Of a DNA stretch of 64,000 bases, positions 9,969 through 20,800 are shown piece by piece; positions within the stretch are counted from its first letter, which is position 1, and each line of letters begins with the position of its first letter. This stretch comes from an uncultured virus (IMG/VR IMGVR_UViG_3300042053_000001) (lineage: Duplodnaviria > Heunggongvirae > Uroviricota > Caudoviricetes): IMG/VR virus record IMGVR_UViG_3300042053_000001, one strand, 5' to 3'. A program made the translations under genes and the position numbers. The notes under the pieces are model-generated. The model searched no databases and was not told where the DNA came from. It saw only the letters and a program-made list of their open reading frames with translations.

Positions 9969-10745
9969 ATGAAAATTCTTCAAGATTCAGAAGTTGATGA
10001 AAAAGGTACCCACACATTATTTAACGGAAGTGTGTGCGCACTGAAAGCTGTCAATAGTGATGAAGAGTCAGAAGATGACGAAAAAAATATTTTTAAGATC
10101 GCTGCAATAGCCTCTGATGAGGTTAAGGATACAGATGGAGATATTATCCTAAGAGATTCTCTGGACATTTCCTACTTATCCTCGAAAGGGTATATAAATT
10201 GGAATCATGGACATGAGTTGAAAGATGTTCTTGGTTATGTCAATAAAGCTGAGATATTAGAAGGTGATAGAATTGACTGGGTTAAGTCTAATGTATTCCC
10301 TTCTGTTTCAGAGTCGTCCTCTCTTTATATAGAAGGATCAATTCTTAAGGTAGGTTTAAGTCCTAACAACATGCTCGTTGAGTCGATTCTAACGGCAGTA
10401 CCTAAAAAAGATGCAGGAAAAGGTTTAGGAGTTTCTATTGAAGGTCTTTTTGTTAGAGATGAAGATTCAAATATAATAAAAGCAAGAATTTTAGGTGTAG
10501 CTCTTACAATGATGCCTGCTAATCCTAGAACCTTAGTGTCATTAATGAAGAGCATTTCATCCTATAATAAAGCAGATAAGGATTTGACTTCTAACTTACC
10601 TATTGAAGTTATGGAGGATATAACTTATAATCTTAAATCAGAAAAAGGTATTGACGACTTAGCTCTACGAATTCTTAGATTAAGACCTAAGTGGAGTCTA
10701 AAAATGGCAAGAAGTTTAGTTCACCAATTGTATACAGGAGTTTGA
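9969..10745 (+). CDS. Prohead (HK97-type) maturation protease
   Basis: ASDEVKDTDGD, GYINWNH, LGVSIEG, VALTMMPANP motifs. Confidence 0.88.
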   Translation: MKILQDSEVDEKGTHTLFNGSVCALKAVNSDEESEDDEKNIFKIAAIASDEVKDTDGDIILRDSLDISYLSSKGYINWNHGHELKDVLGYVNKAEILEGDRIDWVKSNVFPSVSESSSLYIEGSILKVGLSPNNMLVESILTAVPKKDAGKGLGVSIEGLFVRDEDSNIIKARILGVALTMMPANPRTLVSLMKSISSYNKADKDLTSNLPIEVMEDITYNLKSEKGIDDLALRILRLRPKWSLKMARSLVHQLYTGV

Positions 10746-10747
10746 CG

Positions 10748-11389
10748 ATGTCAAGTAAATCTACAAGTGTTAAAGCCTCGGAAGAGGAAGTTTTGAATGA
10801 GTCTCAGCTCCTGAAAGCTATCAAGGACTTAGAACCTCAGGACGAAAAGTCTGTTGAGAAAGAAACTAAGATGGAAGCTTTGGATATCCCATCACTTGAT
10901 TTAAAATCAGTGTCAGATCTTCTAGAATCAGAAGAGGTAATTACAGAAAAGTCTCAAAAAGTAGATATGAAGTCTAACTTTGAGAGTCTAAATAAAAATA
11001 TTAAGGTTTTATCAGGCTTCGTAGAGAGTTCTGTACAGACTGTTACAAAAAGTTTAAACAGTTCAGCAGAGAGAGATCTCTCTTTTCTAAAAGTCCTAGA
11101 AGGTTTTCAGAAAAGTATCGATGGTTTGACAAGCAAGATAGAGGCTTACGGAAATCAGCCTGTATTGAAGTCAGCTTTGGAAAGTGACCTCCTTCATAAA
11201 CCTACGCAGAAACAAGGTCCTTCTGCTATTACGAGAGCTCAAGTTGATAACGCTCTAAAAAGTTTAGCTGCAAAAACTCAGAATCTTGATGAGAAAACCG
11301 CGTATGCAGATGCGGCTTCCACTTTAAGTAGACGAGGAAATCTCTCACAAGAGATGACAAAAGCTATTAAAGATGAGTTAGGTGTCTAA
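10748..11389 (+). CDS. Putative scaffold/head assembly protein (ATG 10748 with AGGAG RBS; ORF open from 10691)
   Basis: Charged coiled-coil protein with repeated KS/KA dipeptides, located between protease and capsid. Confidence 0.65.
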   Translation: MSSKSTSVKASEEEVLNESQLLKAIKDLEPQDEKSVEKETKMEALDIPSLDLKSVSDLLESEEVITEKSQKVDMKSNFESLNKNIKVLSGFVESSVQTVTKSLNSSAERDLSFLKVLEGFQKSIDGLTSKIEAYGNQPVLKSALESDLLHKPTQKQGPSAITRAQVDNALKSLAAKTQNLDEKTAYADAASTLSRRGNLSQEMTKAIKDELGV

Positions 11390-11442
11390 TTCAGAGTGGT
11401 TAAAACTGTTCTGGTAAGTTAAGTTTAGGAAGGATTTAGTAA

Positions 11443-12834
11443 ATGTCAAATATGTCAGGTTTAGGGTTGGGACCAGAAGATTTCGAAGTAGGGGATATTC
11501 AAGGAAGGTTCTCAGGAGATTATGAAGCTTTTCAGAAAGCTTTAAGTTTCTCATATAATGAACCAATTGGGGATACCACTGATGCTCTGAGAGCTGAGAG
11601 TTTAGATGCTACTCTCAGAATTCTTACAGACAGTCTCTCGAGATACAGCCTTTATCATTCTGTACCTAAGGTACGTGTGACAGGTAACGTCCATGAATAT
11701 GCTCTTCAGACAAGTGAAGGGGATTCCAATGATTCGACGTTTGTAAATTCAGGGGAACTTCCTTCTGTTCAAGATTCGCAGTTCTCTCGAAAATCCATCA
11801 ACATCATGTATATGGGTTCTGTTCGAACGATTCATCATCAAGCTTTGGTCACGGGTTCTATCGACAATCTTATGAATATAGAGACTCGTAACGGTATGAA
11901 TCATATGATTGCACGGTTAAACAACAATCTGTATACCATGGATTCAGATTGTATTGACGGTTCTTTTGATTCATTCACTAAACAGATTGAAGATGGAAAC
12001 GGTCATGTTATCGATCTTCTAGGAGAACCACTGAATAAGCGTACTATTGAGGAAGCTTCTTTTCTTTCGTCTGATAATAACGGGAATGCAACTGAGTTTT
12101 TCACTGCTCAGAAAGTGATTTCGGATTTCTCGAACGTTTATGATAGTTCGCAGAGGTGGAATGTTCCTAATACAGCTACCTATGCAGGTACCCCCATTTC
12201 TGGTATTAATACTACGAATGGCGGAGTTATGTTTAAGCCTGATGTTTCTATCAAAACAGGTCAAACTCCTCCGACAGCTGCATCGTCTTCGCACAGCCCT
12301 TCAACCCCTACTATCTCAGGAAACCCTGCTGTAGCGACATCCGCAGAGAGTAAGTTTTCTGCATCAGATGCTGGCGCTTATCGTTATGCTGTTTCTGGTT
12401 TGAACAAGTACGGTGAATCAGCGGCGGTTGTTGTAACAGCAGCTACTACTGTACAAGCAGGTAGACAAGTTACAGTCACTATTGTAGATGGTGGTGGAAC
12501 TAATCCAGCTACTTGTTACAAGATCTACCGTTCAGAGAAGGATGGTACGGATACAACGTTTATCGGTTATACGCAGCCGAGAACGAGGTCAGGTAACTCG
12601 TTTGCAGCCAATACGGTATTTATTGATAGAAACATCTATCGTCCTAACACGTTCACAGGCTTACTCTTAGATCTATCTACACAGAGTTTGGCATATGCTG
12701 AACTTATGGCTATGGGAAGGTTTCCTTTAGCCCGTATTGCTCCTACGGTTAGTTGGATGCAATTAATGTACGGTACACCTATTGTTTATGCCCCTAGACG
12801 TAATGTAATCATTAGGAATATTGGAAAAGCATAA
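11443..12834 (+). CDS. Major capsid protein, Herelleviridae (phage K/SPO1)-like
   Basis: 463 aa; ALRAESLD near the N-terminus and ELMAMGRFPLARI...MYGTPIVYAPRRNVIIRNI at the C-terminus resemble the phage K capsid as I recall it. Confidence 0.9.
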   Translation: MSNMSGLGLGPEDFEVGDIQGRFSGDYEAFQKALSFSYNEPIGDTTDALRAESLDATLRILTDSLSRYSLYHSVPKVRVTGNVHEYALQTSEGDSNDSTFVNSGELPSVQDSQFSRKSINIMYMGSVRTIHHQALVTGSIDNLMNIETRNGMNHMIARLNNNLYTMDSDCIDGSFDSFTKQIEDGNGHVIDLLGEPLNKRTIEEASFLSSDNNGNATEFFTAQKVISDFSNVYDSSQRWNVPNTATYAGTPISGINTTNGGVMFKPDVSIKTGQTPPTAASSSHSPSTPTISGNPAVATSAESKFSASDAGAYRYAVSGLNKYGESAAVVVTAATTVQAGRQVTVTIVDGGGTNPATCYKIYRSEKDGTDTTFIGYTQPRTRSGNSFAANTVFIDRNIYRPNTFTGLLLDLSTQSLAYAELMAMGRFPLARIAPTVSWMQLMYGTPIVYAPRRNVIIRNIGKA

Positions 12835-12847
12835 GAGAGGGTTATAA

Positions 12848-13282
12848 ATGGCTGTATCTCATATAACTATAAGAAGTGAGACTGTTAGTACAGAGTACGG
12901 TCCTATAGAGTTAGATTCAGAAGGTCGTGTAGTTGCTCTACATGACCTTCTGGTCGCCCCTAATAAAATTCTAGCTTTACCAGGTTTTATTGACACAGAA
13001 GTCTATACTGGTGGGGCAACAAAATCAGAGATTAGAAATAAAGATAAAGATCTTGCAGAAGAGAAATACAAAAGACTTATTTTGACCCTTGAGAGGGATT
13101 ACCCTGATAATATTAATGTAGATGGGTACTTAGACCTCCCCTTTTTTAATGAACATGCTGTAGAGCAAGGTTTAGAAAAATTAAAAGGTTTAAAGAGGCA
13201 GAAACTTTCTGAGATTGCTCGATCCCAATCTGCTTTTCTTTTGAGAGAAGAGGATAATAGCGATGGCAAAACTATTCCTTAG
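12848..13282 (+). CDS. Hypothetical protein (head module)
   Basis: 144-aa ORF with GAGG RBS after the capsid gene. Confidence 0.7.
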   Translation: MAVSHITIRSETVSTEYGPIELDSEGRVVALHDLLVAPNKILALPGFIDTEVYTGGATKSEIRNKDKDLAEEKYKRLILTLERDYPDNINVDGYLDLPFFNEHAVEQGLEKLKGLKRQKLSEIARSQSAFLLREEDNSDGKTIP

Positions 13283-13862
13283 ATCAGAGGTAAAAGATGT
13301 GTTAGGGATAACACATGCAGATACAAAAATAGATGTTGTTTTAGAGAGAGCAATTCTTCAAGTTTCCGCAGAAGCAGAAGCTCTTACAAAAAGAAATTTT
13401 ACCTCAGGAACTATTCACGAGTATTTTAGATCTTTCCAGTATGATTCTCTAGAGACAGAGATGACAATCCTAAAACCTAAGTGCTACCCTATTCAAACGG
13501 TAGACTCGGTTAGAAAAGAAACAAAATTTAACGTCTTTGAAACTATTGAACGTAGTTCGAATCTTTTTACATGGGATGGGGATCGAGGATATATCTATCT
13601 CGCTCCAGAGGCTTGTATACGTTGCACAGATAATCCTAAAGGTTTGTATGTTACATACCAAGGTGGTTACGGTGTTAACAGCACAGCCCCTGTAAATGCC
13701 AATGAGCCTACAATAGAACGGAATGTCACACAAACCCCTAATGGTTTAAGACAGATATTAATTCATAAGGTAGCTAACGACTTTCAAAAGTATGCTAAGG
13801 TAAAACCTTTTACGGAGGAAGAGAAGATTCATCTTCTACCGTGGAAGCGTATTATAGTATAA
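13263..13862 (+). CDS. Head-tail connector/adaptor (HK97 gp6-like)
   Basis: EVKDVLGI...D..LE..I..VSAEAEALTKRNF, YPIQTVDSV, VTYQGGY pattern. Confidence 0.7.
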   Translation: MAKLFLRSEVKDVLGITHADTKIDVVLERAILQVSAEAEALTKRNFTSGTIHEYFRSFQYDSLETEMTILKPKCYPIQTVDSVRKETKFNVFETIERSSNLFTWDGDRGYIYLAPEACIRCTDNPKGLYVTYQGGYGVNSTAPVNANEPTIERNVTQTPNGLRQILIHKVANDFQKYAKVKPFTEEEKIHLLPWKRIIV

Positions 13863-13876
13863 GGAGGTTATAGATT

Positions 13877-14455
13877 GTGCCTATTCATCTAAATGCAGTC
13901 GAAGGAGACACTTGGCAGAACAGTTATTTCTCTCTTACTACTATTAGAACAAAATTAGCATTAGAAAGAGGGACAGATAAGTGGGATGCACTTACTGATG
14001 AGAAAAAGAAAGAGTTAGCTATTCAAACAACAAGTTTCATGGATACAAGATTTCGGTTTTATGGAAATAAGGTTAATGCTGGACAAGGGTTAAGAGGGTT
14101 TCCTACTACAAACAGAATATCTGAAAGTGAGTCTGGTTTTAGTTTCTTTGAAAGAGCTTATATTTGGCTAGTCTCTACAGTCTTAGAAGCCCCTTCCCTA
14201 TTAAACTCTATGGGTGTAGAGGTTGGTAGTGGTTCAGCTGAAAAAGGTATTAAAATTTGGGAAACTACTGAACTGAAGATAGAGTATGAAGATCCTCCAG
14301 ATACAGGGGTTCCTGCACCTGTAAATGATAGTCAGAATGTTTTCTCTTTTACTTTGAAAGAATTAGAAGTCCTTCTTGCAGAGATAGCGGAACCGTTGTC
14401 AAAATCCTCATTTGACGATAAGACAGTTCCGTTTAAGTATAGTAGAGGGTTTTAA
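13877..14455 (+). CDS. DnaT-like-domain head-tail adaptor protein
   Basis: NSYFSL...WDAL..EKK..LAIQTTSFMD..FRFYGNK...QGL..FP pattern; GTG start with AGGAGG RBS. Confidence 0.65.
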   Translation: MPIHLNAVEGDTWQNSYFSLTTIRTKLALERGTDKWDALTDEKKKELAIQTTSFMDTRFRFYGNKVNAGQGLRGFPTTNRISESESGFSFFERAYIWLVSTVLEAPSLLNSMGVEVGSGSAEKGIKIWETTELKIEYEDPPDTGVPAPVNDSQNVFSFTLKELEVLLAEIAEPLSKSSFDDKTVPFKYSRGF

Positions 14456-14817
14456 TGACTTTAAAGGATGACATTAATTTAAGTACACGGAAACTATTTG
14501 TAGAGACTTTACAATTACAAACAGGAGTAAGTTATCTTGAGAATTCTGTAGGAGAGTATAACCCAGCTACAGCAACTGTAGACACTACCGTTACTACTCA
14601 TAGCTTGTCTGGTTTTTTAACGAATGTAAAAGTTGTAGATTCTCTTGCTACTAGATCTTCCCCAAAGACTAAAGTTTTACAAGTTGAGAAGAGAACTGTT
14701 ACTTTCACACCGAAGGTGAGTGATTTTATAAAGATAGGTTCAGAGACTTGGGAGATTATAGAAGTAATTTCTGAGATGACAGATTCGATTACAACTTTCC
14801 ATATAATGTTGAGATAA
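14455..14817 (+). CDS. Putative head closure/stopper protein
   Basis: 120 aa, GEYNPAT and PKVSDFIKIGSETWEII; position in the neck module. Confidence 0.6.
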   Translation: MTLKDDINLSTRKLFVETLQLQTGVSYLENSVGEYNPATATVDTTVTTHSLSGFLTNVKVVDSLATRSSPKTKVLQVEKRTVTFTPKVSDFIKIGSETWEIIEVISEMTDSITTFHIMLR

Positions 14818-15227
14818 TGGTTGCCACTAAAAAAGAATTTCTTTTAGATATGACTACTTGGGTAGACTCTTTAGAAGATGATGCAGAGAAGATTATTGTG
14901 AAATTCTGCAAGAGGTTAAGATATCGATTAGCTGTTTTAACCCCTGTAGACACTGGAAGAGCTGCGTCGTCGTGGAATTTGTCGGTAGGTGATATTAATC
15001 CATACAGCTATCCAGAAGGTTACTATAACCATTTGGATTATCCTAATCTAGGGAAAGTTACTGTTGGAGGTTTTAAGATAGGAAAACCTCTTTATATCTC
15101 TAACAACATCGTTTATATTACATCTTTAAATAAAGGGTTTAGTAGGCACCAACCACAACCTTTCTACATAGAACGAGAGGTATTTTTAAATGCTAGAACT
15201 TACTTACGTGAAGTAGTTAGAGGTTAA
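14817..15227 (+). CDS. Neck/tail completion protein (HK97 gp10-like)
   Basis: TPVDTGRAASSW and YISNNIVYI..LN.G.S..QP motifs. Confidence 0.85.
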   Translation: MVATKKEFLLDMTTWVDSLEDDAEKIIVKFCKRLRYRLAVLTPVDTGRAASSWNLSVGDINPYSYPEGYYNHLDYPNLGKVTVGGFKIGKPLYISNNIVYITSLNKGFSRHQPQPFYIEREVFLNARTYLREVVRG

Positions 15228-15228
15228 A

Positions 15229-15642
15229 ATGTCATTCCAAGACTGTAGGATCTGTCTAGAGACAAAGTTTAAGACTGATTGGGGTTCTAGAAGTAAGGTT
15301 GTGTATGAAAACCAACATATAGAGGATCTTTCTTCTGAAACTTCGTTTGTAGAGTTTTTTGTTTTAGAGGGTGACGGCACAATTGAAACAATGTCCATTC
15401 CCCATCTGGTTTCATTCGAAGGCTTAATTATTTTAATTATTAACGTGAAAAGTGGTCAAGGTCTTGGCTCATCTTCTTCCTACATAGATGAATTTTCAAA
15501 TATATTTAATTTTAAGCAACTAGAGTTTAGAAACAGTGGTATAATAAACTGTCAAGTAACATCTAGTGAGGTTGTAGGAGAGTCTAAGGGTTGGTACAGG
15601 TTAAAAGCTAGATGCACATACACTAGATTCCTCACCGAATAA
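15229..15642 (+). CDS. Tail terminator protein
   Basis: 137 aa, VVYENQ, G...I.I....GQG, GWY motif; directly before the tail tube. Confidence 0.75.
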   Translation: MSFQDCRICLETKFKTDWGSRSKVVYENQHIEDLSSETSFVEFFVLEGDGTIETMSIPHLVSFEGLIILIINVKSGQGLGSSSSYIDEFSNIFNFKQLEFRNSGIINCQVTSSEVVGESKGWYRLKARCTYTRFLTE

Positions 15643-15658
15643 GTACAAGGAGATTTTT

Positions 15659-17089
15659 ATGGCTACCGCTGATACAAACAACGTCGCAACTTATTTCTTG
15701 GTTGAGGATGAATGGGGAACTGATTTAGAGACTATTGCCGCAGAAAAACGTGGTAAGATGTACGGAGCAGGGATTTCTTCATCTACTCTTTCTATGGATA
15801 AAGAGACAGTATCTTCAGACGTTCTGTCTTCTGATAGAATGAGAGACAATGATTCTGTAGTAGGTATAAGTTGTAGTGGGGATCTTGGATTTCAACTTTC
15901 TTCTTATGACTGGGACATCCCACTAGCTCACGCACTAGCTTCCGAAGCTTCATATATCTTCAGCAAAACCTATACTGGTACGTCTGTAACGACTACAAAG
16001 GCAAACAACAGGTTCACAATATCTTCAGGAGGTACTGTAGGTCTTACAGTAGGTGCAGAGGTTTATATCTCAGGTCTTACAGCGCATGCTGCTAATGTAG
16101 GTCGTTTTAAGATTACAGCTGTTACGGCAAACTCCTTTACTGTCTCAGGGAATTCTTTGGAGAATGAGACTTCTGTAGCTGCAACCAATGTCATTGTAAG
16201 GACAGATAGAGTAAGACCAGGTGATTTAGTTGTAGCCTCTTCAACTACTATCACAAGCACTTCTTTAGACTTCACCTCTTTAGGGTTAGAAGTCGGTCAG
16301 TGGTTTACTATGGGAGGTCTTTCTGATGCAGAAAACGTTGGTAAGAGGTTCAGAATCGCTTCTATTACAGCAAACACCATAACTATTAATTCTGGAACGT
16401 TAAAAACAGCATCAGGTCAATCTTCTACAGGGTACCTTATAGCTAAACGTATTAAGAATGGTGTTAAGAAGACATCAATCCTTGTCCAATTCCATCATAC
16501 AGACGTAGAGACCTTCTCAACCTATAGTGGTTTGAGAACTGGAGGGGTTAAGTTAAATTTTGAGGCTAAGAAAGTTATCACAGGTACTTTCTCCTATATG
16601 GGTAAGAAACCAGGTGCTAGTACTTCATCAATTTCCCCTTTATTAATACCTGCAGAAGTGACAGAACCTTTAACAGCTTCCAATAATATCGGGTCGATTA
16701 TAGAGGGTGGAACTGTTATCTCTACAGGAATCAAGACGATTGATCTTGATGTAAACAATTATTTAAGATCTAAGCCAAGTGTTGGAACTCAATACCCTAT
16801 TGATATTGGTTATGGGTATTGTGAATGTACCGGGACATTAGAAGCATATTTTTCTGATTTAAGATTACTATCAAAGGTTTTGAATCACACTGAAACTTCT
16901 ATCGAGTATGGTTCTACAGATGCAAAAGGCAACATGATTCAATTTTCTCTCTTGCGTGTTGTTCTCACCAGTGGTAGTCCTTCTTTGGGTGGGGGAAATC
17001 AAGACTCAATGCTTAACATTAATTTTAAGTCTTTGAAGCATCCTGACTCTGGAAGTGTAATCATTATTGATAGTTTAAATGTTGAGTAA
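15659..17089 (+). CDS. Major tail tube protein with two inserted beta-domains
   Basis: 476 aa, S/T/G-rich; EDEWGT, SDVLSSDR, GTLEAYFSD; duplicated GLxVGxxxxxxG...NVGxFxI module. Confidence 0.85.
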   Translation: MATADTNNVATYFLVEDEWGTDLETIAAEKRGKMYGAGISSSTLSMDKETVSSDVLSSDRMRDNDSVVGISCSGDLGFQLSSYDWDIPLAHALASEASYIFSKTYTGTSVTTTKANNRFTISSGGTVGLTVGAEVYISGLTAHAANVGRFKITAVTANSFTVSGNSLENETSVAATNVIVRTDRVRPGDLVVASSTTITSTSLDFTSLGLEVGQWFTMGGLSDAENVGKRFRIASITANTITINSGTLKTASGQSSTGYLIAKRIKNGVKKTSILVQFHHTDVETFSTYSGLRTGGVKLNFEAKKVITGTFSYMGKKPGASTSSISPLLIPAEVTEPLTASNNIGSIIEGGTVISTGIKTIDLDVNNYLRSKPSVGTQYPIDIGYGYCECTGTLEAYFSDLRLLSKVLNHTETSIEYGSTDAKGNMIQFSLLRVVLTSGSPSLGGGNQDSMLNINFKSLKHPDSGSVIIIDSLNVE

Positions 17090-17101
17090 TAGGAGTTAAA
17101 G

Positions 17102-17518
17102 TTGGAATTAAATAGTATAAAAACAGATAAAATCAAAGAGACAGAAGGAGTTGTCCACCACATCGGGGGTGGCGGTTGGGTTAAAGTAGCTAGGATGAAT
17201 AATTCTAAGTTTATGGTTCTTGTAAAAGAAGCGAAGAGAGAGATTGAACTTTCAAACTCGTTGATAACCCTCTCTCCTGAGGAAGACGCACGTAAATTCA
17301 ACGTTATTTTAGCTAAGTCTATTCTTGTAGAGTGGGGTGGGATTGAGGAAGACGGTAAGGATCTTCCTTGCACTCTAGAAAATAAGATTAGAGTTCTGGA
17401 AGAAATTTCTGTGTTGAAGGAGTTAGTCCTTAAAATAGCTACAGAGTTTGAGAACTTTAAAATAAAGGCTGACGAAGTTGACTCGGGAAACTTAGAGCAA
17501 GGCTACGTTGGGACATAG
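17102..17518 (+). CDS. Tail assembly chaperone (lambda G-like)
   Basis: Between tube and tape measure; KVARMNN, ILVEWGGI; slippery site near the 3' end. Confidence 0.85.
   Translation: MELNSIKTDKIKETEGVVHHIGGGGWVKVARMNNSKFMVLVKEAKREIELSNSLITLSPEEDARKFNVILAKSILVEWGGIEEDGKDLPCTLENKIRVLEEISVLKELVLKIATEFENFKIKADEVDSGNLEQGYVGT
17485..17491 (+). promoter_or_regulatory. Programmed -1 ribosomal frameshift site G GGA AAC
   Basis: XXXYYYZ heptamer in the chaperone frame; the -1 frame is open into ORF 17557..17829. Confidence 0.85.
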
Positions 17519-17829
17519 AGAACGCCAAAGACTTTGAATTTTTACAAGATTTAGCTTTGGATACTGGAGTCACTCCAGAAATTTTAAAAAGATTACCTCA
17601 ACTAACATTCTGTCAGAGGTATTACTACAAAATATTTGGAGAGTTGAATAGCTACAGACAAAGGCATTCAGAAGGTTTAAATCCAATATCTCTGACAGAC
17701 ATAGAGTCATACATCAGACTTTACAAAATCTCCTCTTTAGATGAAATTGAAAATATATTATACTTTATTAGAGTTCTAGATACAGAGTATCTAGAAGTTT
17801 CAAGAGAACTATCTTCTAAAAAGGTGTAG
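17485..17829 (+). CDS. Tail assembly chaperone frameshift extension (lambda T-like; ORF track start 17557)
   Basis: -1 frame reads GKLRARLRWDIENAKDFEFLQDLALDTGVTPE...FGELNSYRQ...LNPISLTDIESY...IRVLDTEYL. Confidence 0.8.
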   Translation, partial: GKLRARLRWDIENAKDFEFLQDLALDTGVTPEILKRLPQLTFCQRYYYKIFGELNSYRQRHSEGLNPISLTDIESYIRLYKISSLDEIENILYFIRVLDTEYLEVSRELSSKKV

Positions 17830-17831
17830 AT

Positions 17832-20800
17832 TTGGTTTCCTTAGCAGAACTAGACGTTGTCATTAAAACAAGAACCTCTGTTGAGAACTTAAAGAAAGTT
17901 AAGAGAGAGGCTAAGGATACCGCATCATCAGTCGTCTCATCTACTGAACGTATGGAAGGGTCTTTTAGAGGAGCTTCTAGAAGTGTTCTTTCCTTTAGAG
18001 GTGTCTTAACAGGTGTATCATTAGGTTTTGGTCTTATACAGTCTATAAGAACTCTTTCAGAGTTTGAGAGAGCGATGCATGCTGTTAAAGCTATTTCTGG
18101 CGCAACTGGTAGTGTGTTTACAGATTTATCCAATAAAGCTAAGTTTCTTGGCTCTACAACAATGTTTACAGCATCTGAGTCTGCAGAAGGAATGAAGTTT
18201 CTAGCTCAAGCGGGTTTTAATGCTGGAGAGATTATCTCAGGTATCGGACCAAGTTTGCAGTTAGCAGCTGCGGGTATGCTTTCTCTGGGAGAAGCCGCAG
18301 ATTTTTCCTCTAACATTCTTTCTACTTTTAATATTGAAGCTTCTAATCTTACTTTTGTCGGAGACATTTTAGCTAGAATATCCGCTAGATCAAATACATC
18401 TGTAAGACAGATGGCAGAAGCTATGAAATATGTCGGACCTGTAGCAGCAGCTTTAGATCAGGATTTGAGAGATGTAGCTGCTGCTCTAGGTGTTCTTGGT
18501 GATTCAGGTTTACAATCATCTCTTGCCGGTACTGGTCTAAGACAAGCTATGTTAGCCCTAGTCTCCCCTACTAAACTTGCTCAAAGGACTTTAGAGTCAA
18601 TGAACGTGGATTTAGAGAAGATAAATCCAGCAGCTAATAGTGTTATTGATGTTATTAACGAGTTAGGTAGAGCCCAAATTACAGCTGCTCAATCTTCTGA
18701 TATTTTTGGGGTAAGGGCTTCTGGTAGTATTCTTATTCTGACTCAAAGTAGAGATCGTTTAAAAGAGTTAACTACAGAAGCTTATGGAGCTTCAGGTGCT
18801 CTTGAAGAGATGATGTTTGTTATGATGAATAACTTGTACGGTGTTTTCAAGGAGTTTAAATCCTCTCTAGAGGGTTTGGTTCTAACCTTGGGTGCAAGTG
18901 GTTTGACAAAAGTTCTGATGGAGTCCACAAGAGCTTTAACTGATTTTGTTCGTGCAGTCTCAGGTTCTTTAGACACCACCAAAGAGGGTGCGGATAATGT
19001 TTACCTTCTTGTAGATGGGTTTAAGATTTTAGGTGCTACAATTGCCAGTTTTTATATTGGGAAGTTCGTCAGTTCAATGGCTGCGGCAACGATCGGTATT
19101 ATTTCCTATACTACTGCTGTAATTGCTACCTCAAAATCTTTAGGTATTGCTGCTACAGCCCAGGCGGCTTTTAATCTTGTTATAAAATCGAACCCTTATG
19201 TTTTTGTGGCTACTACACTAGGTGCGGTGTTGGCTGCCTATACTATATTTTCTAGTAATACTAGAGATGCCAAAGAGGCTACAGATGTGTTTAACGAAGC
19301 TATGAAATCTTCTAAAAATGCATTAGATAGTTACAGAAGTAGTCTAGAGCTTGCTAACATAGGTCTAAGCCCTGTATCTACAGATGAGTTACAAGCTTCA
19401 TCAGTTCACTTAGATGAAGCTTTAGAGAGACAGAAAACCTCTATACTAGAGTTTAAAGAAATTATCTCAGGGTTGTATGATAGCTTTAACTTTTCGGATA
19501 TCTCGTTCGATGACTCTATACAATCAGTTTTCAAGGATCTTATTGTGTCAAGCGTCCACACTACAAAAGAGGCTAAAAAGACAAGGCAAGAAATAACGCT
19601 TTTGTTTGATGCTTTTGACAGTGGTAAGGAATCTTTAGATGGTTTGATTTATGGGCTAGCAGAATTGGCTAAAGAAAACTCTGTGTTTACGGGAACTATT
19701 GAATCTACGGTTACGAATCTTATAGAATTGAAGAAAGGGTATTCTGAGGTCATAGACCAGAGGAATTCTCTTATAGCTCAGAAATCTTCTATAGAAGCAG
19801 CTTTGGTAGGTGATTTAGATGCTTTTAATCTGGATAATGTAACAGATAGAATAGTTCTTACAGAAACAGCATTTAAAATGTTAGGAAAGACTTCACAAGA
19901 AGCTCTTGCTATGACAGAACAAGCTATAAGGAAAGCCAATCTGGTTGCAAGGTCTTTGGAAGGTTTTCAAGCAAAAGCTTCTGACCCTGCTCTAGTCTTG
20001 TTAGAAACTAACGTCACAGCTATTGAGGAGAGAAGAGATATTCTCGTCGCATCTCTAAAAGGTCAAAAAGCAACTGCAGATTCTATTCTTTCTGTTATAT
20101 CTTCCGCAGACATTCAGATAGGGAGATTGAGAGATGAGTTTGACAGGATTTCTTCTTCACGAAGCAAGGCTTCTGACTTTGATAGAGTTACTGAGACTTT
20201 AACAAAGAACATCACTATTTTAAGGGCTACTGAAGGGTTATCAAGGGAGATAGCCAGCAACCTACTAGCTGCAGGTTTAAGTCCTTCTTTTGATGAGGAA
20301 TCTTTAAAAGGTAAGACTAAAGCTATAGTAGATTTAACCACCGCTCTATATAACTTAGAGAATCCTGTGTTGAGTGGACAGGAAAAGGGTATTAAAGAGA
20401 CTTTAGAAAGTATGGAAAGTTTATCTGAAGGGGTTGCAGATGCTTTCGGGGACGCTGTAAAAAGTATGATTCTTGATGGGACATCTCTTCAAGACTCTTT
20501 ATCTAACATTGCAAGATCTATTCAACAACTTGTTGTTGAGCTTTTAGTTATGGAACCATTAAAGAGAGGGTTAGTGGCAGCTTTCTCTGGACCAGCTGGA
20601 AGTGGGGGAGGGCTCTTCGGCGCAGCAACCTCTGCAATAGGCTCTCAAGTCTCCTCTATATTCACAGCACATAGAGGGGGAGTTGTTGGAAATTCGACAT
20701 CTTTTTCTGGAGATTCAGCTTTAGCTGCTAATTTTATAAAATCTTCTTTACGAAGAGCAGAACATTTGTCTATATTGGAAGAAGGAGAAGAAGTTCTACC

